From Octopus sinensis (taxonomy: Eukaryota), in NCBI RefSeq assembly GCF_006345805.1, contig NW_021834543.1:1-46533 (forward strand): a DNA stretch of 46,533 bases, written 5' to 3'. The notes below the pieces were generated by a model. The model ran no database searches and was not told where the DNA came from. It saw nothing but the letters and a program-made list of their open reading frames with translations. How positions within the stretch are numbered: the first letter of the stretch is position 1; each line of letters begins with the position of its first letter. A program made the position numbers and the translations under genes. This document shows positions 13,171 through 26,617 of the stretch, in pieces.

Positions 13171-13449
13171 TTGCAAAGCTAGCTAGGTATATTGCATGAA
13201 GAATTTCGATGCTTGGGAGAAGTGTTGTTGACCATGGAGTGGATAATAAGATTACCCGTGGTAAAGTAGAAAACACACCAATGCATCGGTGGTTACTATC
13301 TCGAAATACCCAAGCTTTTAAGTATGAAGTTTCCGTAGGTGTCTTGAATTGAGGAACGCTTCTTAGTATTGCGTTGCGTGAACGCAGTCAGTTGCGTCTT
13401 TTAAAGTTAGTGGCGGTAAGGAGGTCAATCCATGTGCGAGTTGGAATCG

Positions 13450-14680
13450 GTAGAATGCAGTAGCTGCTAGCTCATTATTGCCATGCCAAGAAATCGTGGT
13501 TCAACATGTGTAATTTTGATAACTGATTTTCTTCTGTTTTATTCCTGAAGTGTATAAATTACGGTATAATATCTTCAAACTTTCTCTCGATAATGTGAAG
13601 ACACTGCTAATTTTAGACAACGTACCTGCGCAAACCGGTAGACATCAACTTGTCGGTAATGGGAAAATGAAGTGCGTGTTCTCGCTATCCAGTGTTAACT
13701 GGAGATTAAGTAAATGCTCAAGATATAATAGTAGTTTGCAAACGATACCAATACCGAAGGAATTAAGATGGAATTTCGATAGTGACAGGATAATATAAGG
13801 GAAAACGTACGAAGACAAAATTCTCAGTAACATTGAGAACTTCACCACCCCCTTCTAAATGATGTTTGGTAGAATATGAGTTGTAAAATTTGAGATACTA
13901 CTAGTATACTAATTCAGAAGCAGTTGCAACTGCTGTTTTAGCAGACGTAAGAATCCGACTAGAAGTGACAGAAGGCGATTTCTGGGCATCAAGTATCAAT
14001 TGAAGAAGAAATAGTGGATTCATTGCTCGCTGGTGACTGTACAGAGCGTGAGGGTGAAGCTGTTGTTGAAGTAACCCAAAATTTGTGTCATGCACAAAGC
14101 TCTTGATAAAGTTCTTTCGTACATTGACTTGTCAACAGAAACTGGTATTCAGCAAAATTCTCTTTTACTCTTTTATTTGTTTCAGTCATTTGACTGCGGC
14201 CATGCTGGAGCACCGCCTTTAGTCGAGCAACTCGACCCCGGGACTTATTCTTTTTGTAAGCCCAGTACTTATTCTATCGGTCTCTTTTTGTCGAACCGCT
14301 AAGTGACGGGGACATAAACACACCAGCATCGGTTGTCAAGCAATGCTAGGGGAACAAACACAGACACACAAACACACACACACATACATATATATACATA
14401 TATACGACAGGCTTCTTTCAGTTTCCGTCTACCATATCCACTCACAAGGCATCGGTCGGCCCGGGGCTATAGCAGAAGACACTTGCCCAAGATGCCACGC
14501 AGTGGGACTGAACCCGGAACCATGTGGTTGTTTAGCAAGCTACTTACCACACAGCCACTCCTGCGCCTATTATAAAAAAAAAACTAAAAAAAAAAAAACA
14601 AAGGAAAAAGACCTACCCGGAAGCAGCATCCGCAAAATGAACAATTGAAGCTGAACTCATTCTTCAAGCTTATTCACGCC
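13450..14680 (+). pseudogene. Decayed pogo/Tigger-type transposase interrupted by a SINE
   Basis: KTLLILDNVPAQ...NGKMKCVF resembles the DDE_1 motif LLxLDNAxxH...IKxxF. It is followed by an acidic linker, HKALDKVLSYID, and, after the SINE, RKQHPQNEQLKLNSFFK, which fits a Q-x-x-L-x-x-F-F PIP box (14642-14668). Confidence 0.55.
14160..14567 (-). mobile_element. SINE family B (full length)
   Basis: Same head, body and tail as 3563-3970. Confidence 0.9.
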
Positions 14681-14839
14681 AACTCTGTTGCATATTCTAA
14701 GCTTGCGGATGATATTGTTGACTCATCCGCCAGAGTTCTACAAGTCCACTAACTCATAATAACAGGTTATCATCTCTGAATCTACACCCACTCCCACCAC
14801 ATCGAAATAATTTGCCGTCTACTATAGATAAATGAAATT

Positions 14840-15105
14840 TATACATGCATGCATACATACATACATACATACATACATACATGAAAACATACATACATAC
14901 ATGCATACATACATACATACATACATACATACATACATACATGCATGTATACACACATACATACACACATACATGCATACATGCATGCAAACATACATAC
15001 ATACATACATACATACATGCATGCATACATACATACATACATACATACATACATACATGCATAAAAACATACATACATACATACATACATACATGCATGC
15101 ATACA

Positions 15106-15139
<34 letters not shown>

Positions 15140-16592
15140 CATGCAATGCATACATACATACATACATACATGCATACATACATACATACATGCATGCATG
15201 CATGCATACATACATACATACATACATACATGCATGAATACATACATACATACATACATACATACATACATACATGCATGCATGCATACATACATACATA
15301 CATACATACATGCATGCAAACATACATACATAGATACATACATACATACATACATACATACATACATACATGCATACATACATACATACATACATACATA
15401 CATGCATGCAAACATACATACATACATACATACATGCATGCATACATACATGCATACATACATACATACATGCATGCATACATACATACATACATACATG
15501 CATGCAAACACATACATACATACATACATACATGCATGCATACATACATACATACATACATACATACATGCAATGCATACATACATACATACATACATGC
15601 ATACATACATACATACATCATGCATGCATGCATACATACATACATACATACATACATACAACATACATACATGCATGCAAACATACATACATACATACAT
15701 ACATACATGCATGCATGCATACATCATACATACATACATACATGCATGCAAACATACATACATCATGCATACATACATACATACATACATGCATACATAC
15801 ATACATCATACATGCAATGCATACATACATACATACATACATGCATACATACATACATACATGCATGCATGCATGCATACATACATACATACATACATAC
15901 ATGCATGCATACATACATACATACATACATACATACATACATACATACATGCATCATACATACATACATACATACATACATGCATGCATGCATACATACA
16001 TACATACATACATACATGCATGCAAACATACATACATACATACATACATACATACATGCATGCATACATACATACATACATACATACATGCATGCATACA
16101 TACATACATACATACATGCATACATACATACATACATGCATGCATGCATGCATACATACATACATACATACATACATGCATGCATACATACATACATACA
16201 TACATACATACATACATACATGCATACATACATACATACATACATACATACATACATACATACATACATACATACATGCATGCATGCATACATACATACA
16301 TACATGCATGCAAACATACATACATACATACATACATGCATACATGCATACATACATACATACATACATACATACATGCATACATACATACATACATGCA
16401 TACATACAAACATACATACATACATACATACATACATGCATGCATGCATACATACATACATACATACATGCATGCAAACATACATACATACATACATACG
16501 TACATACATACATGCATGCATGCATACATACATACATACATACATACATGCATGCAAACATACATACATACATACATACATACATGCATACA

Positions 16593-16626
<34 letters not shown>

Positions 16627-17342
16627 CATACATGCATGCAAACATACATACATACATACACACATACATACATACATACATACATACATGCATGCATACA
16701 TACATGCATACATACATACATACATGCATGCATACATACATACATACATACATAATACACACATACATACATACATACATCATACATACATACATTCATA
16801 CATACATACATGCATGCAAACATACATACATACATACACACATACATGCATGCATGCATATATACTACATACGTACATACATGCATACATAAATACGTAC
16901 ATACATACATACATGCATACATACATACATACATACATACATACATACATACATGCATACATACATACATGCATGCATGCATACATACGTACATACATAC
17001 ATACATACATACATACATGCATGCATGCATGCATGCATACATACATACATACATACATACATACATACATAAATACATACATGCATACATGCATGCATGC
17101 ATACATACATACATACGTACATACATGCATACATAAACACGTACATACATACATACATGCATACATACATACATACATACATACATACATACATACATGC
17201 ATACATACATACATGCATGCATGCATGCATACATACGTACATACATACATACATACATACATGCATGCATGCATACATACATACATACATACATACATAC
17301 ATACATACATACATGCATGTATACACACATACATACGCACAC
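14840..17342. repeat. 2.5 kb (CATA/CATG)n tetranucleotide array
   Basis: Directly visible. It produces the spurious HTYI and MYVC ORFs. Confidence 0.97.
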
Positions 17343-17922
17343 AAACAAAAGTAGGATGTTTCTAGTATTCTCTATAATTTTGTTTACTATTAATCCTGTT
17401 CAAAGTCTTCTTTTATCCGTGTCTTTGGAAACTTTGCAGACTCTGCATCCACACGTGAACGCTCTTGCCATTTATCTTGCTGATTATCATTTCAAGTGCG
17501 GAAATTATTTATCAATGCACTCCACAGGTTGCAAGTCGTCTGAAAGTGTATTTATCTTATTCCTACATGTTCAAGGATCAGTGTATATATTTCCAATATC
17601 GTATATAGCATAACTAGAAATTATGCTATATTTGTTATGCCGCAATCTTTTGTGAACACCCACTCAAACTTCTATTTCCTCTTACCTGTTTTAGTAGTGC
17701 ATATTTTTAAGTGAAATTTTTCAGAGATACGTCTTAGAGATGTGGAATGATAATTACATTTTATACTGAAAATGAAAAATTTTGTGCCTTTCTTTTTTTT
17801 ATTTTATTTTATTTTATTTATTTTTTTTGTTTCTTAACCATTTGAAAAAAACTTACACAACTCACTTCTTATTTATAATCTGTATGAAGTTGAAAGTGTA
17901 GTGACGAAAAAATTTAGTCTAA

Positions 17923-18319
17923 TCTTTATTTATAAAAGTGAGGTTGTGTGCTGTCTGTCTCCTACGATTTAGATTCCAAACTACTCCCACATTTTGCGGT
18001 GCAGTTTAACCAAAACCGGGTATCTTATAGTCGTGATTCATATCGAGCCCTTCTGGGTATTAGCGCGCGTCTACGATGAGTCTACGATTTTTAAAAAAAA
18101 TTACCATCAATTTTTCCCATTTTTAATGCACTTTTGGCATATATAAGGGAAGTAGCTCTCTAAAAATTTATTATTAAATCTCAGAACGTAAAAAGCTACA
18201 GTAACACCCCACCCTTTGTGGTTAGCCATATTGAGATGGCTATTATACTTTACATCTCTAAAAATGCTTATATAGTTATTTCCCTTACAAATCCGAGCAA
18301 CGCCGGGCGATACTGCTAG
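17923..18319 (+). mobile_element. Non-autonomous Helitron
   Basis: A|TC start, CCGAGCAACGCCGGG hairpin, CTAG|T end at 18316-18320. Confidence 0.85.
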
Positions 18320-18858
18320 TATAATATAGATCGAAAGTACTCTGGATGATATTCTGCAATGTGTTGTGTTTCTCATATCAAACAAAATTATGTTGTACAC
18401 TATTCACAAGAAAAGTGTTGACCGATTCGAAGAAGAGTACATTGCTATTCTTTCTGAAGAAACAAAAACAAACAAACTATATTTTAGGAAAACGAATTGT
18501 ATCAACGTAATCTGCATTCTTTACAGTTTATCACTGCAAAGCTTATATAAAAATATAAATTCGTGGGAGGGGCATTTCTGCACTAATTATGAAATCATGT
18601 GAATTGCAGCTGAATTCTGTTTTTAAAAGGCTCGCCCCGAGAGTTGATTCCCTCGCATTCGGTACAATGTATTTATTTACTTTGGTAGTTTTGACTTTAA
18701 GAGTCCCTCCTAGCATGTGGCATTTAATATGATATAAATAAAAATATTCAAGAAAGAAAATTGATGGATTTTTCACTTATAAGGCTTTTAACGCTAACTA
18801 TTTGATAAATTCTTATAGAGATTTTATCCTATTTTTAAATTATACACACACGCACGCG

Positions 18859-18903
<45 letters not shown>

Positions 18904-18950
18904 AAAAAGTCATGGTAGAAAATGCTAAAATAATTTTATAAAAGACATTT

Positions 18951-18985
18951 CAGTACCAGTTCAGTCATTGAGACTTTTTCAACTG
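18951..18985 (-). ncRNA. Minimal hammerhead-like fold with U3/A8 core
   Basis: Minus strand reads CAG TTGAAAA AGTC tcaat GACT GAAC tg GTA CTG. One A of GAAA is missing. Confidence 0.45.
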
Positions 18986-20301
18986 CAAGTATAGAAAACA
19001 ATTAAATTTGGGAAAAATTAAACGAAAAGTTTTTTTTAAAGAATATTTGCATAGTATTCAAATACAAGGGGCATTTTCCTTGTTTCTGCCTGTCTCTGTG
19101 TCTCTTGTTAACTCTTGTAGGTTCGAGGTCGTCGTGAATTCTTGGTAGAGAAGAAGAAGAAGAAGAAGAAGAAGAAGAAGAAGAAGAAGAAGAAGAAGAA
19201 GAGAAGAAGAAGAAGAAGAAGAAGAAGAAGAAGAAGAAAAAGAAGAAGAAGAAAAAGAAGAAGAAGAAGAAGAAGAAGAAGAAGAAGAAGAAGAAGAAGA
19301 AGAAGAAGAAGAAGAAGAGGAGGAGGAGGAGTAGACTGTGGGAGAAGACGAAGTAGTTAATCTCCAAGATGAATTTCAGCCCTTCTATCACGAATTCTTT
19401 TTGATGCGACGTGGGAGTTCGTTGGCGTAATTCTCTAGCCAGAAAAACAGTATTCAGTCAACACATCGACATTTGCGCCAATAACAAAAATCCAAGCTTC
19501 AGAATTTTTCTCCTCTAACATTTCAGGGACGATGCAACCTGTAGCCAACGAATTAGTAAAGAGACTCTCTTTATTACAAAATACAGACCCCTTTTAAACG
19601 CGTCTACAACAAACGACATATCCACTGCGACCTTAGTATAATACAAACACACACGCAAATATCAAAAATGATATATTCAACAGATACCCAAGAATCCATT
19701 TAAAAACAGCCCCAATCACTGCAATAATCCAAAACACGACACATTTAACATCCTGCTGCTATCATACCACATGCATTTCCTTATTATTCTCTCTTCTCTT
19801 ACTCTTTCTTCTTCTTCGTCTTCTTCCTCTCCGCCACCTCCTTCCTTACTTTACTACTATTGATGTTTAGAATAACACCTACGCTAATATTATAAACAAT
19901 ACATTCAAAAGAGATGTCTCAAGAATTCAATCACTACAACCATACACAACAAGTCACTTTCAGGGCACTTGACCATTTAACATCCTACTACTATCATGGC
20001 ACTCCCGCATTCTTCTTCTTCTCCTCCTCCTCCTCCTCCCCTTCTTGTTCTTCTTGTTCTTGTTCTTGTTCTTCTTGTTCTTCTTGTTCTTCTTGTTCTT
20101 CTTGTTCTTCTTGTTCTTGTTCTTCTTCTTCTTCTTCTTCTCTGCCAAAAATTCACAGCGACCTCAAACCCACAAGAGTTAACAAGAGAGACAGAGACAG
20201 GCATAAACAAGGAAAATACCCCTTGTATTTGAATACTATGCAAATATAATATTAAAAAACTTTTCTTTTAATTTTTCCCAAATTTAATTGTTTTCCACTT
20301 A

Positions 20302-20337
20302 CAGCTGAAAAAGTCTCAATGACTGAAACCGGTACTG
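20302..20337 (+). ncRNA. Minimal hammerhead-like fold with C3/A8 core
   Basis: Reads CAG CTGAAAA AGTC tcaat GACT GAAAC cg GTA CTG, with palindromic stem III (ACCGGT). Confidence 0.55.
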
Positions 20338-20432
20338 AAATGTGTTTTATGAAATTATTTTAGCATTTTCTACCTTGAAATTATTTTAGCATTTTTACTA
20401 CCTTGAACTCGTGTGTTCCTTTTCAACCTTCT

Positions 20433-20465
<33 letters not shown>

Positions 20466-20614
20466 CATCGGGCTTCTTTCCGTCTACCAAATCCACTTAC
20501 GAGGTTTTGGTCGGTCCGAAGCTATAGCAGAAGACACTTGCCTAAGGTGCCACGGAGTGGGACTGAATATGTGGTTGGGAAGTAAGCTTCTTACTACACA
20601 GACACGTCTGCGCC
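20433..20614 (-). mobile_element. SINE family B, 5' half (diverged)
   Basis: Shares GAAGACACTTGCCTAAGGTGCCAC and the head region with family B. Confidence 0.8.
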
Positions 20615-20757
20615 TGCAAAGAAATAGGTATTTATTTTACAGGTTATACTCCACAGATCATATTCTCACACCGAGACAAAATAGATGTTTATTTTAATGC
20701 TGTGCAAACTTGAAGGCAATACCGAGTATAAAACTGCATGCGATTCACTATATAACA

Positions 20758-21108
20758 GTCGTGGCACTCCTTCGGTCACAATGACGAGGGTTCCTGTTGA
20801 ACAGCCTGCTCATGAAATTAACGTGCAAGTGGCTGAGCACTCCACAGACACGTTTACACTTAACGTAGTTCTCGGGGAGATTCAGCGTGACAAGTATGGC
20901 CCTTTGAAATAGAGGTACAACAGAAACAGGAAGAATAAGTGAGAGAAAGTTGTGGTGAAAAGTACAGCAGGATTCACCACAACCCCTGACTCGTGGAGCT
21001 TTAGGTGTTTTCGCTCAATAAACACTCACAACGCCCGGTGTTGGAATCGAAATCGTGATCCTACGACCGCGAGTCCACTGCCCTAACCACTGGGCCATTC
21101 CGCTTCCA
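20758..21108 (-). mobile_element. SINE family A, tandem copy 1
   Basis: tRNA-like head plus body and tail as in 23523-23905. Confidence 0.9.
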
Positions 21109-21123
21109 CTATATAATACTGTG

Positions 21124-21491
21124 TGGAAGCACTCCGTCGGTTACGACGATGAGGGTTCCGGTTGATCTGAATCAACGGAACAGCCTGCTCGTGAAATTAA
21201 CGTGTAAGTGGCTGAGCACTCCACAGACACGTGCACCCTTAACATAGTTCTCGGGGATATTCAGTGTGACACAGAGAGTGACAAGGCCGGCCCTTTGAAA
21301 TACAGGTAAGTTGTGAGAGAAAGTTGTGGTGAAAGAGTACAGCAGGGATCACCACCATCCCCTGCCGGAGCCTCGTGGAGCTTTTAGGTGTTTTCGCTCA
21401 ATAAACACTCACAATGGCCGGTGTGGGAATCGAAATCGCGATCCTACGACCGCGAGTCCACTGCCCTAACAACTGGGCCATTCCGCTTCCA
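21124..21491 (-). mobile_element. SINE family A, tandem copy 2
   Basis: Shares private variants with copy 1 (TTCCGCTTCCA, GAGTCCACTG). Confidence 0.9.
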
Positions 21492-23109
21492 CTATATAAT
21501 ACTAATGCGATACTGAATACAACATACAGATGTCTACAGCTATGGAATGACACTCAGCAAAGCTCGTGAGTGACTTTCTATATTATCACTCGACAGCATG
21601 TTGCGATTATCCATAAAGAAAATGCTAAAGATGAATCTGATCTTCCTTTCATAACAGAAACTCATTTAGTCTATTGTTTAGACCAGTTTATTTCTAGAAT
21701 AATTACGATTTCCTTCGCATTAGCAACAAGGAAGCCTCTGGTTCGATTTCCTTAGTTTGTAGTAAGATATTTTTTTTATAGCGTATATATTTACTCTCGC
21801 TAGGATGTTAAAAATTTGAAGACAAGAAGAGTGTTTGTGAGTGCCTTTTTTGTGTATGCATTTGGCTTTGAGAGGCGAGTGAATATATTGACTCACAAAC
21901 ACATACACACACAAACACTGACACACACAAACACACACACATACATGCACACATTCACAAACCCGAAGGATGAGATTTAAGTACGTTGGCATTAAGCGCA
22001 TCACTGCACCTTTGACAATATGCGAAGTGTTGACTCTTAATCAGGTTTTCTTTTCAATTGCATATCTCAATGTATGCCTACAGATGCCTACAAACTGATT
22101 GGAATGTTGGCCGAAATAGAACGATTGTATGAAGAGAATCATCTGAAAACAGAATTAATTGATTTGGAAGCTAAATAATCGTTTCAAACTTCACTAAATT
22201 TGTCGTGGGATTTCATATCTTACTGGGAAAACTGATATGGTATTTCCTTTGTAAGGCACATGGGAGCGAGTTGATACTAGAGAAGTAATGTGTTTCATTG
22301 ATACTTCTAATCAAATTATATTAACTCTATTATAGCAAACCGAACTAACTAGCATCCCGTCGATGGCAAAAAACAAAACAAAACAAAAACAGAGAAGTAA
22401 CAGACATATACATGAAAATGTCGAAATTACTTTTAATTTATATATTTTACCTCAGTCAATTTAAGTCTGTTAGGAGGAGTTAATTAATAGAAACAGTTAA
22501 GTGGAGAAGTGAATGATTTCTAGGCGCTGATAAAATGAGTACTACAAACTGGTCTAAAAGCAAATCAGTGTAAGTTACTTGCACTGCGTAAGTATGAAAA
22601 ATGTGTTTTAGCAACTACTGTGAGTACTGTTGCAATGCGTATTGTAAAATGCGGTGTTGACAGTATTATTAGAAAAAAAAAAGGATGAGATTAAACGAGC
22701 TGGTGGATACAAACACACACACGCACACACTAAAAATTACGTTGACTGGGATTTTAAGTGATTCGTGACGGCATATTCCTTTGCTGGTTCAGTAAATCGG
22801 AAGAGATTTATATTTTGAATTTTGTATTACAAATATAATAAATCTGACTCTACTATCAATAGTGAGCTAAACACCCCCCCCCACCATCAGCAAATATACT
22901 TCTACTGTTATTTGTGAATTTGCTTTAAAATTATAATCTTAATTTCACAGTTATATACATGCAAATAAATACATATACGTGTGTGTGTTTGTGTTTGTGT
23001 GTGTGTGTGTGGTGTGTGTGTTTGTGTGTGTGTGTTTGTGTGTGTGTGTGTATGTATGTGTGTGTGCGTGTGTTTGTATGTATATAATTGTGAAACTGAA
23101 ATCATAATA

Positions 23110-23328
23110 CTGGTTTTAAACTTCGGCACAAGGCCAGCAAGCTGTGGGGGGAGGGGATAAGTCGACTATATCAGCCCTAGTACTCAGCTGATACTTATTT
23201 TATCGACCCCGAAAGGAAGAAAGGTAAAGTTGACTTCGGTGGAATTTGAACTCAGAACGTAAAGACGGACAAAATGCCACTATGCGTTCTGCTCGTCGAG
23301 CTAAACGATTCTGCTCGCTCTCCGCCTT
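23110..23328 (-). mobile_element. SINE family C (short CCTTGTGCC tail, diverged)
   Basis: Central GTCRACTTT.CCTT...TTCGGGGTCGAT domain and head are recognisable. Confidence 0.8.
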
Positions 23329-23522
23329 ACAATTGAGGTTATTATATCAAGGCAAATGTGTGTGTGTGTGTGTTGGGGGACGCGTGTATGTGTGAATATG
23401 TCTGTGCATGTGTGTGTGTGTGCGTGCGTGCATAAAGACTATTAACCGAAAAACCTAGAATTCGAACACAGCAAAGGCGGCTTTTGCATATTTGGCAGAA
23501 TATAAGATTTAATTTTATGGAA

Positions 23523-23905
23523 TGGAAGCACTCCGTCGGTCACGACGACGAGGGTTCCGGTTGATCCGATCAACGGAACAGCCTGCGCATGAAATTAACG
23601 TGTAAGTGGCTGAGCACTCCACAGACACGTGTACCCTCAACGTAGTTCTCGGGGATATTCAGCGTGACACAGAGAGTGACAAGGCCGGCCCTTTGAAATA
23701 CAGGTACAACAGAAACAGGAAGTAAGAGTGAGAGAAAGTTGTGGTGAAAGAGTACAGCAGGGATCACCACATCTCCTGCCGGAGCCTCGTGGAGCTTTTA
23801 GGTGTTTTCGGTCAATAAACACTCACAACGCCCGGTCTGGGAATCGAAACCGCGATCCTATGACCGCGAGTCCGCTGCCCTAACCACTGGGCCATTGCGC
23901 CTCCA
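23523..23905 (-). mobile_element. SINE family A (full length) with 12 bp TSD
   Basis: ATTTAATTTTAT occurs at 23507-23518 and 23907-23918. Confidence 0.92.
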
Positions 23906-24405
23906 CATTTAATTTTATATTACCAGGCAGAATGCAATATGTGTTCGGCTTCTTAAGGCTCTTACTTTGCAATATGCAAGTGTTGTATCTAGGGCAAGAG
24001 TTGCTATCTTTAATCCATTTAATACTTTGTTACCAGAGCTAAACAATAATTTCCGTAAGCACTTCAGAGCTTATATAGGTATTTAGATGTCATTGTGTTA
24101 TGTATATGAATCTAAATGGGTTAAATTTCCAGCAGTAGAGAACTTCAAAGTGTCAAATTTCTAAAGTATTTTCAAATTCAGAGAGTTATCTGATTTGTGA
24201 TCACTTAATGGTTTACAATGATCCAGTTTAACGTGGTTTTCATGAAACCATATCCAGCTTGATACGATTACAATAATTTCTCGCATAGTTATCTCTGTAA
24301 AATCTGTAATGATGCAAAGAGACTAGTTGCCTGTATACCGAAGGAAAATAATGGCTTTTGACTTAGACGCGGTCCAATTCTGGAATGAGTGTGTGGTGTG
24401 TGTAT

Positions 24406-24483
<78 letters not shown>

Positions 24484-24506
24484 GTGTGTGTGTGTATACA
24501 TATACA

Positions 24507-24882
24507 TCTCTCTCTATATAAATGGAGTTTGTCTGTGCGGTTTCTGTGTGTCTGTTTCTTGTACCCTCACCCTGACCACGGCTTTCAACCGATTCTGATG
24601 AAACTTGATACACACATAGCCCAATGTCATAATTCAAAACTAACGCAGCGAAAATTTTGAAAAGTTCCCCCAGTTCTGAAAAAAATCGATAAATTCGACA
24701 TGGGGTCGAGAATCAGAAACACAAACCGCAAACTGTCTAGGGGACGCAACTCCACTTTTTTTTACTCTCAAAAAAATTACCATAATTTTTTTCCATTTTT
24801 TGCTATTTTTTGGCTATAACTCTCTAAAAATGCTTTATAGTTATTCCCTTACAAACCTGAGCAACGCCGGGCGATATGCTAG
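24507..24882 (+). mobile_element. Non-autonomous Helitron, second 5' type
   Basis: A|TC start; the last ~90 nt, including the hairpin and CTAG|T, are shared with 17923-18319. Confidence 0.75.
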
Positions 24883-24884
24883 TA

Positions 24885-24992
<108 letters not shown>

Positions 24993-25572
24993 CATATGGC
25001 GGTGCCCCAGCATGGCCACAGCTCGTGAGCTGAAACTAGAATCAATCAATCATATATATAGGTGTGTGTGTGTGTAAATTACACATGCATATATGCATGC
25101 ATGCGTATAAATATAAAGACCGAGAGGGCGAGGAAGAATGAGAGAGAGAGAGAGAGAGACGCGGGGGAACGGCATTGCAGATTAAATCTAGGTCAGTATA
25201 TTACTGATATTTAATCGGATCTAAAGCAATAAATGGCAAATTTGACTTAGATGAAATTTGAATTTAGAGCTTAGCGATACAAAACCAACTGCGATTAGAT
25301 ATTTATTAAGTCACATGAGATGCGGTTTATTTTACAATTTACATATAGTCGCTATTAGTTATATATTATCAAACCACAAAACAGTATAGTTCAGGAATAA
25401 CTGATGGTGAGAACATGCGAGGATCCTGCTTTTGCTTTGGATATTGGTGACGTAAGTGAAGGACAGATGGTTTCGGCCAGAATTGAAACTCATTGTGACG
25501 TTGCCAAGGACTTTGTATATGCTATGAGGGATATTTAGTTCATAATGTGTGTGTGTGTGTGTGTGTGCGTGC

Positions 25573-25741
25573 GCGTGTGTTTGTATGTATATAATTGTGA
25601 AACTGAAATCATAATATTGGTTTTTAAACTTCGGCACAAGGCCAGCAAGCTGTGGGGTGGGATAAGTCGACTATATCAGCCCTAGTACTCAGCTGATACT
25701 TATTTTATCGACCCCGAAAGGAAGCAAGGCAAAGTTGACTT
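25573..25741 (-). repeat. Truncated family C SINE plus flank, duplicated from 23066-23236
   Basis: Includes the non-SINE flank GTTTGTATGTATATAATTGTGAAACTGAAATCATAATA. Confidence 0.8.
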
Positions 25742-26129
25742 TAGTTCGAAGTCATAAAAGATGAAAATTTTAATTGAATGTTATCGCACGATATCATCTA
25801 CTGAAAATATAATTGCAAGTAACGTAGGCATGAAACCAAGGATTTTTGAAGCGAGAGAAGGAAGGGGAATTCATTAATTTTTAATGAAAAAGAAAGAAAA
25901 AAATCATGAGAGCGGTGAGATTAATAGAATTATTTCAATGAAAATCCAGAACAAATTTCAGCGCAGGTCATGAACTTATTTTACAGTGCAAACCATGAAC
26001 TCCCCTTTAGTGAGAGGTATGCGCAAGTATTCACAAAACACAATCACACACATTCTCACACACATACTCACACACACACACAGATACATGCACAAAAAGA
26101 AACACAAACATACACACACACATACATCA

Positions 26130-26617
26130 CGCAAAATCAAAATCAAATCAAATCAAATCAGATATCAGAAAACAGAACCAAAATCGAAGTCGATCAACAT
26201 CAATGGAAATTGCAGCTGTGATACCAGTGCTGGTGACAAGTAAGCGAACCGTCCGATCGTGGCCGTTGTCAGCGCCGCCCCGACCGGCCTCCGTGCCGGT
26301 GGCACGTAAAAAGCACCATCCGTTCGTGGCCGTTGTCAGCCTCGCCTGGCCTCTGTGCTGGTGGCACGTAAAAAGCACCATCCGTCGGTGGCCGTTTGCC
26401 AGCCCCGCCTGGCACCTGTGCGGGTGGCACGTAAAAAGCACCCACTACACTCACGGAGTGGTTGGCGTTAGGAAGGGCATCCATCCGTAGAAACACTGCC
26501 AGATCAGACTGGGCCTGGTGCAGCCTTCTGGCTTCCCAGACCCCAGTTGAACCGTCCAACCCATGCTAGCATGGAAAACGAACGCTAAATGATAATGATG
26601 ATGATGATGATGATGAT
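26130..26617 (+). mobile_element. Probable 3' end of an RTE-clade retroelement, with three ~60 bp internal repeats
   Basis: Three units end in GGTGGCACGTAAAAAGCAC (about 26250-26441). They are followed by GGCGTTAGGAAGGGCATCC, CCAACCCATGCTAGCATGG and a (GAT)n tail. The clade assignment is from recall. Confidence 0.6.

Larger units (their letters stand above)
18902..20410 (+). mobile_element. 5'-truncated Penelope-like element with an inverted pseudo-LTR
   Basis: About 19450-19600 translates SQHIDICANNKNPSFRIF...QRISKETLFITKYRPLLN, resembling a PLE GIY-YIG C-terminus (KE-x-x-FI...P-x-LN). About 18902-19320 is the reverse complement of about 20010-20405, and both arms carry a hammerhead-like motif and a (GAA)/(CTT) tract. 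Confidence 0.7.

Noticed and set aside
14754-17365. Very long ORFs of up to 739 aa (HTYI / MYVC repeats)
   Set aside because: They are translations of a stop-free tetranucleotide repeat, open on both strands, with no coding complexity.
19002-20249. Poly-F, poly-K/R and poly-S ORFs
   Set aside because: They come from (GAA)n and (CTT)n tracts within PLE terminal repeats.
23840-23905. tRNA-like sequence (also at the other SINE heads)
   Set aside because: The acceptor and anticodon stems do not pair, and the sequence continues into a SINE body. These are SINE heads, not tRNA genes.
26250-26441. Three ~60 bp repeats ending in a constant 19-mer, superficially CRISPR-like
   Set aside because: The intervening sequences are homologous to each other rather than unique spacers, there are no cas genes, and the context is a eukaryotic retroelement 3' end.
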